Notes under the pieces: generated by a model
Database searches by the model: none
Told to the model about the DNA's origin: nothing
What the model saw: the letters and a program-made list of their open reading frames with translations, nothing else
IMG/VR virus record: IMGVR_UViG_2690316346_000006
Coordinates: 1 to 13,493 of that record
DNA: 13,493 nt
Reading direction: 5' to 3' (one strand)
Source: a virus
Taxonomy: Duplodnaviria > Heunggongvirae > Uroviricota > Caudoviricetes
Shown here: piece after piece, positions 1 through 7,275 of the stretch
How positions within the stretch are numbered: the stretch's first letter is position 1
How the letters are laid out: the number at the start of each line of letters is the position of its first letter
Position numbers and translations under genes: made by a program

Positions 1-51
1 ATCGGGCATTATCTGAACATAAAACACTATCAATAAGTTGGAGTCATTACC
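1..51 (+). mobile_element. IS1 terminal fragment (insB-proximal end including the terminal inverted repeat); body of the element lies upstream of the window
   Basis: Positions 1-51 are the exact reverse complement of 9926-9976 and 13443-13493, and match the remembered IS1 end ...CATCGGGCATTATCTGAACATAAAACACTATCAATAAGTTGGAGTCATTACC. Confidence 0.85.
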
Positions 52-183
52 AAACGGTTGAAATGTATGCCGCTACTTACGGGTCCTGTAATCCTCTGAA
101 TAAACCAGAGGGAAAAGATGATTTCGACAAAATTTACCGCTTCTTGGAGGACCGCTATATCAAAAGCTTAGAGGACGCAGGGA

Positions 184-561
184 TCAAATCCCCAGTGAAG
201 TCACCATTGTCCTGAGAACTTGCAGAACGTCATGATCATAACTTCCATCCAAACCGCGACGGCGAATTGCTTCTCGTATTACCGGAAGCAGTTCGCTGGA
301 AATCTCGGTGCATATTTCACCTGATAATACGCTTGGCTCAAGTGAGAATATTGGTGAACTTACGGTCTTGGTCTCGACAGTTTCAGAGTCAGTGCCAACA
401 TTATAAAGCTCAACGAAAGCGGTCTTGATTTTCCGGGCCAGATCTTTTGCTGGCTCGCTTGCAATATCTTTCCCGATTTCTCGCAGCACAGAATGCAATG
501 TATGAGCTGCTGTTTTCTGTACATCAGACGGTAAATCTTTAAATTCCATCGTCAGCCTCAT
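184..561 (-). CDS. hypothetical protein, 125 aa, second gene of a coupled two-gene operon
   Basis: ORF track. Its ATG (559-561) overlaps the stop of the upstream ORF (561-563) as ATGA on the minus strand. An alternative ATG at 547-549 has a GAGG 8 nt upstream. No recognisable motif. Confidence 0.5.
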   Translation of the reverse strand: MRLTMEFKDLPSDVQKTAAHTLHSVLREIGKDIASEPAKDLARKIKTAFVELYNVGTDSETVETKTVSSPIFSLEPSVLSGEICTEISSELLPVIREAIRRRGLDGSYDHDVLQVLRTMVTSLGI

Positions 562-767
562 CAGTCAGTGTTTCTGGCTAACCAGCAACGCGCGCCAGAT
601 TCGGTTTTAAACGTTTTGCTTTTGGTATACGTCATGGCGGTAAACGTTCCATCCTGGTTAGGGAACACGCCGCACACCAGAGATTCGTTGTTGCCAAGAT
701 CGATAGTATCCATGCTGACCTCATTTCCCCTTAACGCCGGGGTGGCGGAACAAAAAACCTGCTGCAT
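561..767 (-). CDS. small hypothetical protein (68 aa as listed; more likely about 50 aa from the internal ATG at 711-713)
   Basis: The internal ATG is preceded on the minus strand by TGAGGTcagcATG, a good Shine-Dalgarno; the listed start at 767 has none. Coupled via ATGA to the downstream ORF. Confidence 0.45.
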   Translation of the reverse strand: MQQVFCSATPALRGNEVSMDTIDLGNNESLVCGVFPNQDGTFTAMTYTKSKTFKTESGARCWLARNTD

Positions 768-953
768 AGTTAAAGATTGAACCCTGCCGTCATGTTCTTA
801 CGCCTCGGGCTGGCTACTTAACCCCTGACCACTGTCTGGTAACTCGAAGTATTGCCCTGCATTCTGTGGGGCGGGGTGGGTTGACGCCTGAAACAATAGC
901 ATCATTATTTTTTTTGATGTAAATAGCATCGCTATTGTTTTTTGTTGGGGCAA

Positions 954-976
954 GAAAAAACCACCCTAAGGTGGTT
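954..976 (-). terminator. rho-independent terminator for the minus-strand repressor/antitoxin/toxin transcript
   Basis: Plus strand reads aaaaaACCACCctaaGGTGGTT. On the minus strand this is a 7-bp stem with a 4-nt loop followed by a U-run, about 20 bp after the ParE-like stop at 993. Confidence 0.55.
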
Positions 977-992
977 CTGTCGGCGGGAATAA

Positions 993-1283
993 TTAACTGT
1001 TTTTGCCTGGATACTGTCTTCGAGAATGCACAATATTTACTACTTCTATGCTTGATGCTGTTACTCGGTAAAGGATGATGTAGTTAGGATGAGTTACAAT
1101 TTCACGAAGACCAAGAACTCGCTCGCTTGGAGGATACAGGTAAGGATGCTCTGTGAGCGGCAAAACGGATGTTTCAATTCGAATTTTCATTCTGCGTGCT
1201 GCCGCGGGATTTTCTTTAGCTATGTAGGCTACGATCTGGCGCAAATCATCACGAGCAGATGGTAGCCATAAAACGGGTAACAT
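993..1283 (-). CDS. parE: type II toxin, ParE/RelE superfamily
   Basis: 96 aa; sequence pattern (LPVLWLPSARDDL ... REIVTHPNYIILYRV ... VVNIVHSRRQYP) is typical of ParE-family toxins. Start overlaps the antitoxin stop (TAATG on the minus strand). Confidence 0.75.
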   Translation of the reverse strand: MLPVLWLPSARDDLRQIVAYIAKENPAAARRMKIRIETSVLPLTEHPYLYPPSERVLGLREIVTHPNYIILYRVTASSIEVVNIVHSRRQYPGKNS

Positions 1284-1477
1284 TATTCACCTCTGTGAGT
1301 TGCAGCAGCAATTTGGGCAATAATTTGTTCCATTTCCGCCATTACCTCATCATGCGGAATCGCCGGGCGGGGATCCGCGAGGCTTGCTGCTACTTTGGCC
1401 CGCAGCCATTCGTTGTAACTATTTTCTTGCTCAACTGTCTCAAATTCTGAAACCATTGGGGAAAGGACTGTACTCAT
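1283..1477 (-). CDS. paaA: small antitoxin, PaaA2-like, partner of the ParE-like toxin
   Basis: 64 aa, directly upstream of and overlapping the toxin gene. Segment SPMVSEFETVEQENSYNEWLRAKVAASLADPRPAIPHDEV matches my recollection of PaaA2 from the O157 paaR2-paaA2-parE2 system. AGGAGA lies 10 nt upstream of the ATG. Confidence 0.65.
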   Translation of the reverse strand: MSTVLSPMVSEFETVEQENSYNEWLRAKVAASLADPRPAIPHDEVMAEMEQIIAQIAAATHRGE

Positions 1478-1496
1478 TTTACATATCTCCTCTGAT

Positions 1497-1997
1497 TTAG
1501 GCGCGACGGCCTTTTTGTGCAGCTAACCACCGCGCAACCGTACGATCCATTGATTCTTTTTTATCTTTCATCTCCTGAAGCATGTGTTCTTGATCTTCTT
1601 TCGGAAAAGCTCTGAACGTATGGATTAAATCTCGTTCCATCGGCTCTACGGCAAACGGTAGTTCATCCTCTGTTTGTTCTGTGTCTGCTGGTAATGCGAC
1701 TATGTTATCTTGCTGTGGTTCTCGACAATACATCCTTGCAATTTGCAGCAAATCTACCATGTCTGGCCTGATTGACTCAGGGGGAACTTTCAGTAAGCCA
1801 GCAAACTTTAGAACAGCCTCAAGGTTTAGTGGGGTTTGACCATTTAGGTAGTGACTTACCGCCCCTTGTGTTGAAAACCCCATAATTTCCGCCGCACGTT
1901 CCTGAGTCAATCCCAACTGAGATTTCTTTGCCATCCAGATTTCTTTCAGTCTTCTGGCGGCGTTGAGGTCGGTGTCTGACAATGATTTTCTTTTCAT
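1497..1997 (-). CDS. cI-like HTH (XRE-family) repressor, probably PaaR2/RacR-like; ORF track extends to a GTG at 2027
   Basis: HTH motif region QLGLTQERAAEIMGFSTQGAVSHYLNG. Sits divergent to a Cro-like gene with a palindromic operator between them. The ATG at 1995-1997 (MKRKSL...) is favoured over the GTG at 2027, which has no Shine-Dalgarno. Confidence 0.7.
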   Translation of the reverse strand: MKRKSLSDTDLNAARRLKEIWMAKKSQLGLTQERAAEIMGFSTQGAVSHYLNGQTPLNLEAVLKFAGLLKVPPESIRPDMVDLLQIARMYCREPQQDNIVALPADTEQTEDELPFAVEPMERDLIHTFRAFPKEDQEHMLQEMKDKKESMDRTVARWLAAQKGRRA

Positions 1998-2027
1998 ACA
2001 TCCAATTCTAATAAGATTGCTAATCAC

Positions 2028-2108
2028 TTTGAAATAGTATCACTATTTACTTTTAAAAATAACAGTGCTATTAATTATGCATTGGTAACACATCACATAG
2101 GGCGGATT
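2028..2108. promoter_or_regulatory. divergent promoter/operator region between the repressor and the Cro-like gene; contains the palindrome AAATAGT-atc-ACTATTT (2032-2048)
   Basis: AT-rich 81-bp intergenic region between divergently oriented HTH genes. A perfect 7-bp inverted repeat with a 3-bp spacer is read directly from the sequence. Confidence 0.55.
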
Positions 2109-2372
2109 ATGAATCTTGGAGAATATTTGCATCATTTTCATATAACCCAGAGTTCATTTGCTGAGATTGTTGGCGCATCCCAAGGGATGGTCAGCCACGT
2201 TATAACGGGGCGTGCAAAACTTACAGGAGAAAAAATATTACGTTGGTGTGAAGCAACGGGATGGGTGGTGACCCCACATGAGATTGACAGTAAAACCTAC
2301 CCCAACCCAACTGACGGCTTGCCTGCTGAGTTTCAGGCTAACACACAACCATCGGCGGGGGTTGATTCATGA
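2109..2372 (+). CDS. ydaS: Cro-like HTH regulator (YdaS-like); ORF track start 2082, internal ATG at 2109 preferred
   Basis: HTH motif region ITQSSFAEIVGASQGMVSHVITG. Divergent from the repressor. GGGCGG lies 5 nt upstream of the ATG at 2109. Confidence 0.65.
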   Translation: MNLGEYLHHFHITQSSFAEIVGASQGMVSHVITGRAKLTGEKILRWCEATGWVVTPHEIDSKTYPNPTDGLPAEFQANTQPSAGVDS

Positions 2373-2794
2373 AAATCAAGCATGAACACATCCGCATGGC
2401 GATGAAAGCCTGGGCGCATCCGGACGGTGAAAAAGTTCCGGCAGCTGAAATAACCAGGGTTTATTTCGAACTGGGAATGACGTTTCCGGTTCTGCATAAC
2501 GACAGCAAGCACAACACGCTTTATCTCAACACCCAAAAGATTTTCCGTTGGCTGGATAAAGACACCCCTGACGCTGTTGAAAAAATTCAGGCGTTGTTAC
2601 CTGCGATCGAAAGGGCAATGCCACCTCCGCTGGTGGCTCGAATGCGCAGCCACAGTTCAGCTTATTTTCGGGAACTGGTGGAGACGCATGAACGACTGGT
2701 GAGAGACGCTGATGATTTTGTCGCAGTGGCAATCGCCGGTTTCAATCAGATGAACCGTGGTGGCCCGGCAGGAAATGCTGTGGCAGTACATTGA
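2369..2794 (+). CDS. ydaT: YdaT-like protein (proposed CII-like switch component in Rac-type prophages)
   Basis: 141 aa beginning MKIKHEH..., which matches my recollection of the YdaT N-terminus. Start overlaps the Cro-like stop (ATGA), indicating coupling. Confidence 0.5.
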   Translation: MKIKHEHIRMAMKAWAHPDGEKVPAAEITRVYFELGMTFPVLHNDSKHNTLYLNTQKIFRWLDKDTPDAVEKIQALLPAIERAMPPPLVARMRSHSSAYFRELVETHERLVRDADDFVAVAIAGFNQMNRGGPAGNAVAVH

Positions 2795-2865
2795 CTGACA
2801 ATAGCCATATCGAATCGCTCCCGGCAACTCGTGAGTAAAAAGATTCGGTATCAGAAGAGGTGAGT

Positions 2866-3930
2866 ATGGCTAACGCCTGGCTCAGATTATGGCATGACAT
2901 GCCAAATGACCCTAAGTGGCGAACAATTGCCAGGGTGTCAGGGCAGCCAATTGCAACAGTGATGGCAGTGTATATCCACCTCCTGGTGAGCGCGTCACGA
3001 AATGTCACGCGAGGTCACATTGATGTCACGACAGAAGATTTGGCAAGTGCGCTCGACGTGACAGAAGAGGTAATTGATTCAATTTTGCAGACGATGCAGG
3101 GGCGGGTACTTGATGGTGATTTAATCACTGGATGGGAAAAACGCCAGGTGCTTAAAGAGGACAACGGCAATATTTCGCAAACCGCAAAATCTCCTGCAGA
3201 GCGCAAGAGGGCGCAGCGAGAGAGGGAAAGAAAGCGGGAACAAAATGGCGATTGTCACGGCGCGTCACGAAATGTCACGCACATGTCACGACGAGTCACG
3301 ACAGATACAGATAAAGATACAGATAAAGAAGATCAAAACACTATGGTCCATGGCGTAAAAAACGCCACGAACCAGGCAGGGGATGTTCAGACCGTCAATC
3401 CTGGTCAGCCAGCAGGCTCGACACCGGAAGCCGATTCAGCGTATGCGCTGAAAGCCGATTCGGGCGCTGTGCAGCAGGTGATGACCGCAAGGCCGGAGCA
3501 ATCACTCCAACTGCAGCAGCCTGAAGCCGATTCCGCCATTCAGCGGGAAGCCGATCGGGTAGCCCCGGAAAACACCGGGCAGCCTGTGGGACGAGTGGAT
3601 TATCCGGATGTGTTCGAACAGGTCTGGCGGGAATACCCGTTGCGTGCCGGGGCAAACCCGAAGAAATCCGCATTCAGTGCCTGGAAGGCCAGATTGCGCG
3701 AGGGGGTGCCACCAGAGACCATGCTGGATGGTGTGAGGCGTTACGCGAGATACCTGGCGGCGACCGGGAAAGCGGGAACGGAATTTGTTCAGCGAGCGAC
3801 GACGTTTTTTGGGCCGGACCGGAATTTTGAAAACCCCTGGTTGCTCCCGGTAAGCGGCACGAACAACCAGCGTTGTGTGAATCATATTTCTGAACCGGAT
3901 ACCGAAATTCCGCCGGGATTCAGGGGGTGA
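2866..3930 (+). CDS. phage replication initiator 1 (O-like / YdaU-like), with origin iterons embedded in the coding sequence
   Basis: ATG at 2866 preceded by GAGGTG (track start GTG 2860). Lies immediately upstream of a DnaC-like gene. Contains two clusters of GTCACG direct repeats. C-terminus ends IPPGFRG, as in the second initiator. Confidence 0.7.
   Translation: MANAWLRLWHDMPNDPKWRTIARVSGQPIATVMAVYIHLLVSASRNVTRGHIDVTTEDLASALDVTEEVIDSILQTMQGRVLDGDLITGWEKRQVLKEDNGNISQTAKSPAERKRAQRERERKREQNGDCHGASRNVTHMSRRVTTDTDKDTDKEDQNTMVHGVKNATNQAGDVQTVNPGQPAGSTPEADSAYALKADSGAVQQVMTARPEQSLQLQQPEADSAIQREADRVAPENTGQPVGRVDYPDVFEQVWREYPLRAGANPKKSAFSAWKARLREGVPPETMLDGVRRYARYLAATGKAGTEFVQRATTFFGPDRNFENPWLLPVSGTNNQRCVNHISEPDTEIPPGFRG
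2993..3030 (+). repeat. iteron cluster 1 of putative origin 1: four GTCACG/GTCAC repeats at 10-11 bp spacing
   Basis: Repeats begin at 2993, 3003, 3014 and 3025, read directly from the sequence. Confidence 0.6.
3254..3300 (+). repeat. iteron cluster 2 of putative origin 1: five GTCACG repeats at 10-11 bp spacing, followed by an ACAGATA-rich AT-rich stretch
   Basis: Repeats begin at 3254, 3264, 3274, 3285 and 3295. The roughly 45-bp unit is near-identical to cluster 1. Confidence 0.6.
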
Positions 3931-3936
3931 TGTGGC

Positions 3937-4683
3937 ATGAAAAACATTGCGGCAGCCGGGGTTCTTGAACGTATTCACAGACTTGCACCACAGGGGGCGG
4001 TTCCACCGTACCGGACGGTGGAGGAGTGGCGGGAATGGCAACTTGCTGAAGGACGAAAACGCAGCGAGGAGATTAACCGCCAGAATCGCCAGTTGCGGGT
4101 GGAAAAAATCCTGAATCGTTCGGGCATCCAGCCTCTGCACAGCAAATGCTCGTTTGCGAATTATCAGGTGCAGAACGACGGGCAAAAATACGCGCTGAGC
4201 CAGGCCAAATCCATAGCTGACGAACTGATGACCGGGTGCACGAATTTTGTGTTCAGCGGTAAAACCGGCACCGGGAAAAATCACCTTGCAGCGGCGATGG
4301 GTAACCGGCTGATGGCGAAGGGGCGCAGCGTGATTATCGTCACCGAGTCTGATGTCATGAGCGTGTTGCATGACAGCTACGACAACGGCAAATCCGGTGA
4401 AAAATTTTTACAGGAGCTTTGCGGGGTTGATTTGCTGGTCCTGGATGAAATAGGCATTCAGCGGGAGACGAAAAACGAGCAGGTGGTATTGCACCAGATA
4501 ATTGATCGCCGGACAGCATCACTGTGCAGTGTCGGGATGTTAACAAACCTGAATCATGCCGCAATGAGCACGCTTCTTGGTGAGAGGATTATGGACCGCA
4601 TGACCATGAACGGTTGTCGGTGGGTGACGTTTAACTGGGATAGCTGGCGTTCAAATGTCAGCTTTCCGGGAGTTGTGAAGTAA
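3937..4683 (+). CDS. DnaC-like helicase loader (YdaV-like), copy 1
   Basis: 248 aa with Walker A-like SGKTGTGKNHLAAA and Walker B-like DLLVLDEIG, as in DnaC. Follows the initiator with 6-bp spacing. Confidence 0.85.
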   Translation: MKNIAAAGVLERIHRLAPQGAVPPYRTVEEWREWQLAEGRKRSEEINRQNRQLRVEKILNRSGIQPLHSKCSFANYQVQNDGQKYALSQAKSIADELMTGCTNFVFSGKTGTGKNHLAAAMGNRLMAKGRSVIIVTESDVMSVLHDSYDNGKSGEKFLQELCGVDLLVLDEIGIQRETKNEQVVLHQIIDRRTASLCSVGMLTNLNHAAMSTLLGERIMDRMTMNGCRWVTFNWDSWRSNVSFPGVVK

Positions 4684-4704
4684 TTTTTGTTGGAGGATGT
4701 TTTA

Positions 4705-5430
4705 ATGGAAACTGTATTTGACGCACTGAAAGCACTGAAAAGAGCCTCTTCACATGTGGTGGCGTCCCGCCTTGGAATCAGCCGTGAAGATGCGGTCAAC
4801 GAACTGTGGAAACTGAAGCGCCGTGGTGAAGCGGATAACAAGGGTTCGATGTGGTGGCTGATTCAGGCTGGTGAAAGTGAACCAGTGTCACCGGTACCGA
4901 AAGTGACAGCGCAAATGCTGACTGAGGCGATTGAACAACATGGCCCACAAACGGCGGATGAGCTGGCACTGATGTTCGGGATTACCTCCCGCCGGGCGAA
5001 TTCATCGCTGGCCATGGCAATCAGCAAAGGGCGTCTGATTCGCGTGAATCAGGGCGGTAAATTTCGGTACTGCATACCGGGCGCTGATTTACCGGCAGAG
5101 CCGAAAGCCGCATCCATAGCGGAAACGGATGGTAAAGTCTTTCCTCAGCCAGCAGGTGTTGCGTTACCGGTACAGGAAGCTGCAACACAGGAAGAAATTA
5201 AAACAGAAACTGTGGCGGACATTGTGCAGTCGTTGCCATCGTTCACCGAAACGCAAGCGGATGACCTGGTTTTACCATCGCTGCATATGGCAAACCGCGA
5301 ACTGCGTCGGGCGAAAAGTCATGTCCAGAAGTGGGAGCGTGTCTGCGCCGCGTTGCGGGAGCTGAACAAGCACCGGGATATTGTTCGACAGATTGTCGAT
5401 TCCTCCGGTCGTATTGTGTCGGAAAAGTGA
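4705..5430 (+). CDS. hypothetical protein, possibly YdaW-like; present only in module 1
   Basis: ORF track lists a TTG start at 4687; the ATG at 4705 has GGAGG 8 nt upstream. No catalytic motif recognised. Confidence 0.55.
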   Translation: METVFDALKALKRASSHVVASRLGISREDAVNELWKLKRRGEADNKGSMWWLIQAGESEPVSPVPKVTAQMLTEAIEQHGPQTADELALMFGITSRRANSSLAMAISKGRLIRVNQGGKFRYCIPGADLPAEPKAASIAETDGKVFPQPAGVALPVQEAATQEEIKTETVADIVQSLPSFTETQADDLVLPSLHMANRELRRAKSHVQKWERVCAALRELNKHRDIVRQIVDSSGRIVSEK

Positions 5431-5445
5431 TTGCCGGGGGCGCTT

Positions 5446-5868
5446 ATGGCAAAAGTATTTACACAGGAAGAGCGGGAAAAAATTAAGGGGCAGGTTGTTG
5501 AACTCGTACGCCAGAGTGGGCGCGAGACGTTACGACAACTGGAAGCTAAAACCGGGGCGACAAGATATTTAATAAGCGTTCTCGCCAGAGAGCTGGTTGC
5601 CAGTGGGGATGTATACAACTCTGGCTACGGGTTATTCCCGTCTGAACAGGCTCGTAAGGACTGGCAAAACGCCCGCAAAAAACTCTCGAGGGCAAAGCTG
5701 AAGAAACCATCTGTGGTTGATCCGGACCTTATCTGGTCATTACCGGACGGAGAAATACGCCGCTACGACAGACATCAGAACATAATCTGTCGCGAGTGCC
5801 GGAAGAGTGAAGTTATGCAGCGTGTACCGGCTTTCTATCAGGGTGATTTTCAGGAGGCGGTACTGTGA
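5446..5868 (+). CDS. hypothetical protein (about 140 aa), paralog of 9117-9539
   Basis: ATG at 5446 preferred over the listed TTG at 5431. The C-terminal ~90 aa are near-identical to the 9117-9539 product; the N-terminal ~50 aa are diverged. Confidence 0.6.
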   Translation: MAKVFTQEEREKIKGQVVELVRQSGRETLRQLEAKTGATRYLISVLARELVASGDVYNSGYGLFPSEQARKDWQNARKKLSRAKLKKPSVVDPDLIWSLPDGEIRRYDRHQNIICRECRKSEVMQRVPAFYQGDFQEAVL

Positions 5869-6282
5869 GTGAAATTAGCTATCAGGCTTCAATTACCGCT
5901 GGCATTCGCATCAAAGGAGAGGAGCATGGAAATAAAACCAGAAGATGAGTTAAGCAATATTGTTTTATTTCCGGTAAAAGAGGATAACCCTCGTAATCAG
6001 GTTAATTTTCTTTATGAGCCATCGGAAAGACCATATTGCCATCACGCTTCTGTCCGGGTTGACGAAAAAGAGCGTCAGGTCCGCTGTAAAATCTGCGGTG
6101 CGGTTGTGGAGCCGTTTGACTGGATGCTCTCTGTGGCGAAAAGAGAAACCAGACTGGCAGATGATGTAAGGCTCTTGCGCCAGGAGGAGCGGGAAAGGCG
6201 AAAAAATATAGAAAAGCTAATCCAGATTGAGCGTAACGCGAAAGCGCGGATACGCAGGGCGACAAAATCCAGAACTGAATAA
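5869..6282 (+). CDS. hypothetical small protein with a putative zinc-ribbon motif (C-H-H ... C-x2-C); copy A
   Basis: Listed start is GTG at 5869. An internal ATG at 5926 has a strong Shine-Dalgarno (AAGGAGaggagcATG) and gives 118 aa. Motif YCHHASVRVDEKERQVRCKICG. Two further copies lie at 9540-9925 and 10695-11035. Confidence 0.6.
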   Translation: MKLAIRLQLPLAFASKERSMEIKPEDELSNIVLFPVKEDNPRNQVNFLYEPSERPYCHHASVRVDEKERQVRCKICGAVVEPFDWMLSVAKRETRLADDVRLLRQEERERRKNIEKLIQIERNAKARIRRATKSRTE

Positions 6283-6309
6283 TTAAATTTAGCACTGTTA
6301 AAAATTTAA
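6283..6309. repeat. AT-rich palindrome TTAAATTT-N11-AAATTTAA immediately after the stop of the zinc-ribbon gene; repeated at 11036-11062
   Basis: Read directly from the sequence; present after copies A and C, and homology between them ends just beyond it. Confidence 0.4.
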
Positions 6310-6421
6310 TCCTTAATAACCTTTTTATTCTTTGCCACGGGTTCCGTGGCGGGAGATTATGCCGCGTGAACATGAAGATGAGGTGTACTGGCAATAGCGG
6401 ACACTACCATTTGTTCTTTTT

Positions 6422-7240
6422 TTAAGCAGCCATCTGATGATATTTTTCCCTGAAGGCTGCCGGGGAGATATTCCCCAGACGAGAGTGACGACGCTGACGA
6501 TTGTAGAAAATCTCAATGTATTCCCGTATTACTGAGATGGCTTCATCCCGGTTATTAAAACGATAGTGGCTCAGGCTCTCATTTTTCAGCGTTCCCCAGA
6601 AGCTTTCCATCGGAGCGTTGTCGTAACAGTTACCTTTACGCGACATTGATGTTTTCAGACCAGACTGCTCCTGTATGACCCGGTAATCGTATGCGCAGTA
6701 CTGTGAACCTCGATCAGAGTGGTGGATTAGCCCGGCAGGTGGGCGCTGGCTCCTGAGCGCCATAAACAGGGCTTTACCTGTCAGCTCTTTTGTCATGCGC
6801 TCTCCCATGGCGTAGCCGACAATTTCGCACGTATAAACATCTTTGATGCCAGCGAGGTACAACCATCCCTCCTGTGTGGCAACATACGTCAGGTCCGCCA
6901 CCCAGACCTGATTTGGTGCTGTAGGAGCGAACGTCTGGTTCAGCAGATTTGGCGCAACTGGCAGATTGTGGTTCGAGTTCGTAGTCGCTCTGAACTTGCG
7001 TTTCTGCTTACAGCGTAGCCTTAGCTCCTTACGAAGACGTGCCAGTCGGTCACGACCAACGATGATGCCATTCTCTGCCAGCTCCGTCTGGAGCCGCCGG
7101 GTTCCATATGTTTCGCGAGTGCGGATATGTGCCACCTTAATCTCCAGTTTTAGCCGCTCATCACTTTGTTTTCTGTCTGAGGGTTCATGCTGTACCCAGT
7201 TGTAATAACCGCTCCTGGATACACCAAATACCTGACACAT
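6422..7240 (-). CDS. IS3-family transposase OrfB (DDE catalytic part), expressed as an OrfAB fusion by -1 frameshifting
   Basis: 272-aa ORF with DDE-type transposase signatures (HSDRGSQY ... conserved acidic residues) in the -1 frame relative to orfA. Confidence 0.8.
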   Translation of the reverse strand: MCQVFGVSRSGYYNWVQHEPSDRKQSDERLKLEIKVAHIRTRETYGTRRLQTELAENGIIVGRDRLARLRKELRLRCKQKRKFRATTNSNHNLPVAPNLLNQTFAPTAPNQVWVADLTYVATQEGWLYLAGIKDVYTCEIVGYAMGERMTKELTGKALFMALRSQRPPAGLIHHSDRGSQYCAYDYRVIQEQSGLKTSMSRKGNCYDNAPMESFWGTLKNESLSHYRFNNRDEAISVIREYIEIFYNRQRRHSRLGNISPAAFREKYHQMAA

Positions 7241-7275
7241 CGCTTCAATGGGAAATTGTTGTCGCCATTGTTCGA

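Noticed and set aside
880-950. Plus-strand promoter-like TTGACG plus AT-rich stretch
   Set aside because: The downstream plus-strand sequence is antisense to the toxin genes with no ORF to serve, and the -10 match is poor. More likely part of the upstream regulatory region of the minus-strand operon.
1259-1450. 63-aa plus-strand ORF antisense to the toxin-antitoxin genes, and the similar 1819-2001 ORF antisense to the repressor
   Set aside because: Both are fully embedded antisense to well-supported genes, lack ribosome-binding sites and have low-complexity composition.
3502-4371. 289-aa minus-strand ORF overlapping the initiator 1 and DnaC-like genes
   Set aside because: Entirely antisense to two well-supported plus-strand genes with recognisable motifs, has no ribosome-binding site, and its composition is Arg/Pro-rich as expected for the reverse frame of GC-rich coding DNA.
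5129-5618. Overlapping ORFs 5129-5365 (+), 5381-5572 (+) and 5319-5618 (-) inside the 4705-5868 genes
   Set aside because: These are alternative-frame or antisense readings within better-supported genes, Arg/Lys/Cys-rich and without translation signals.
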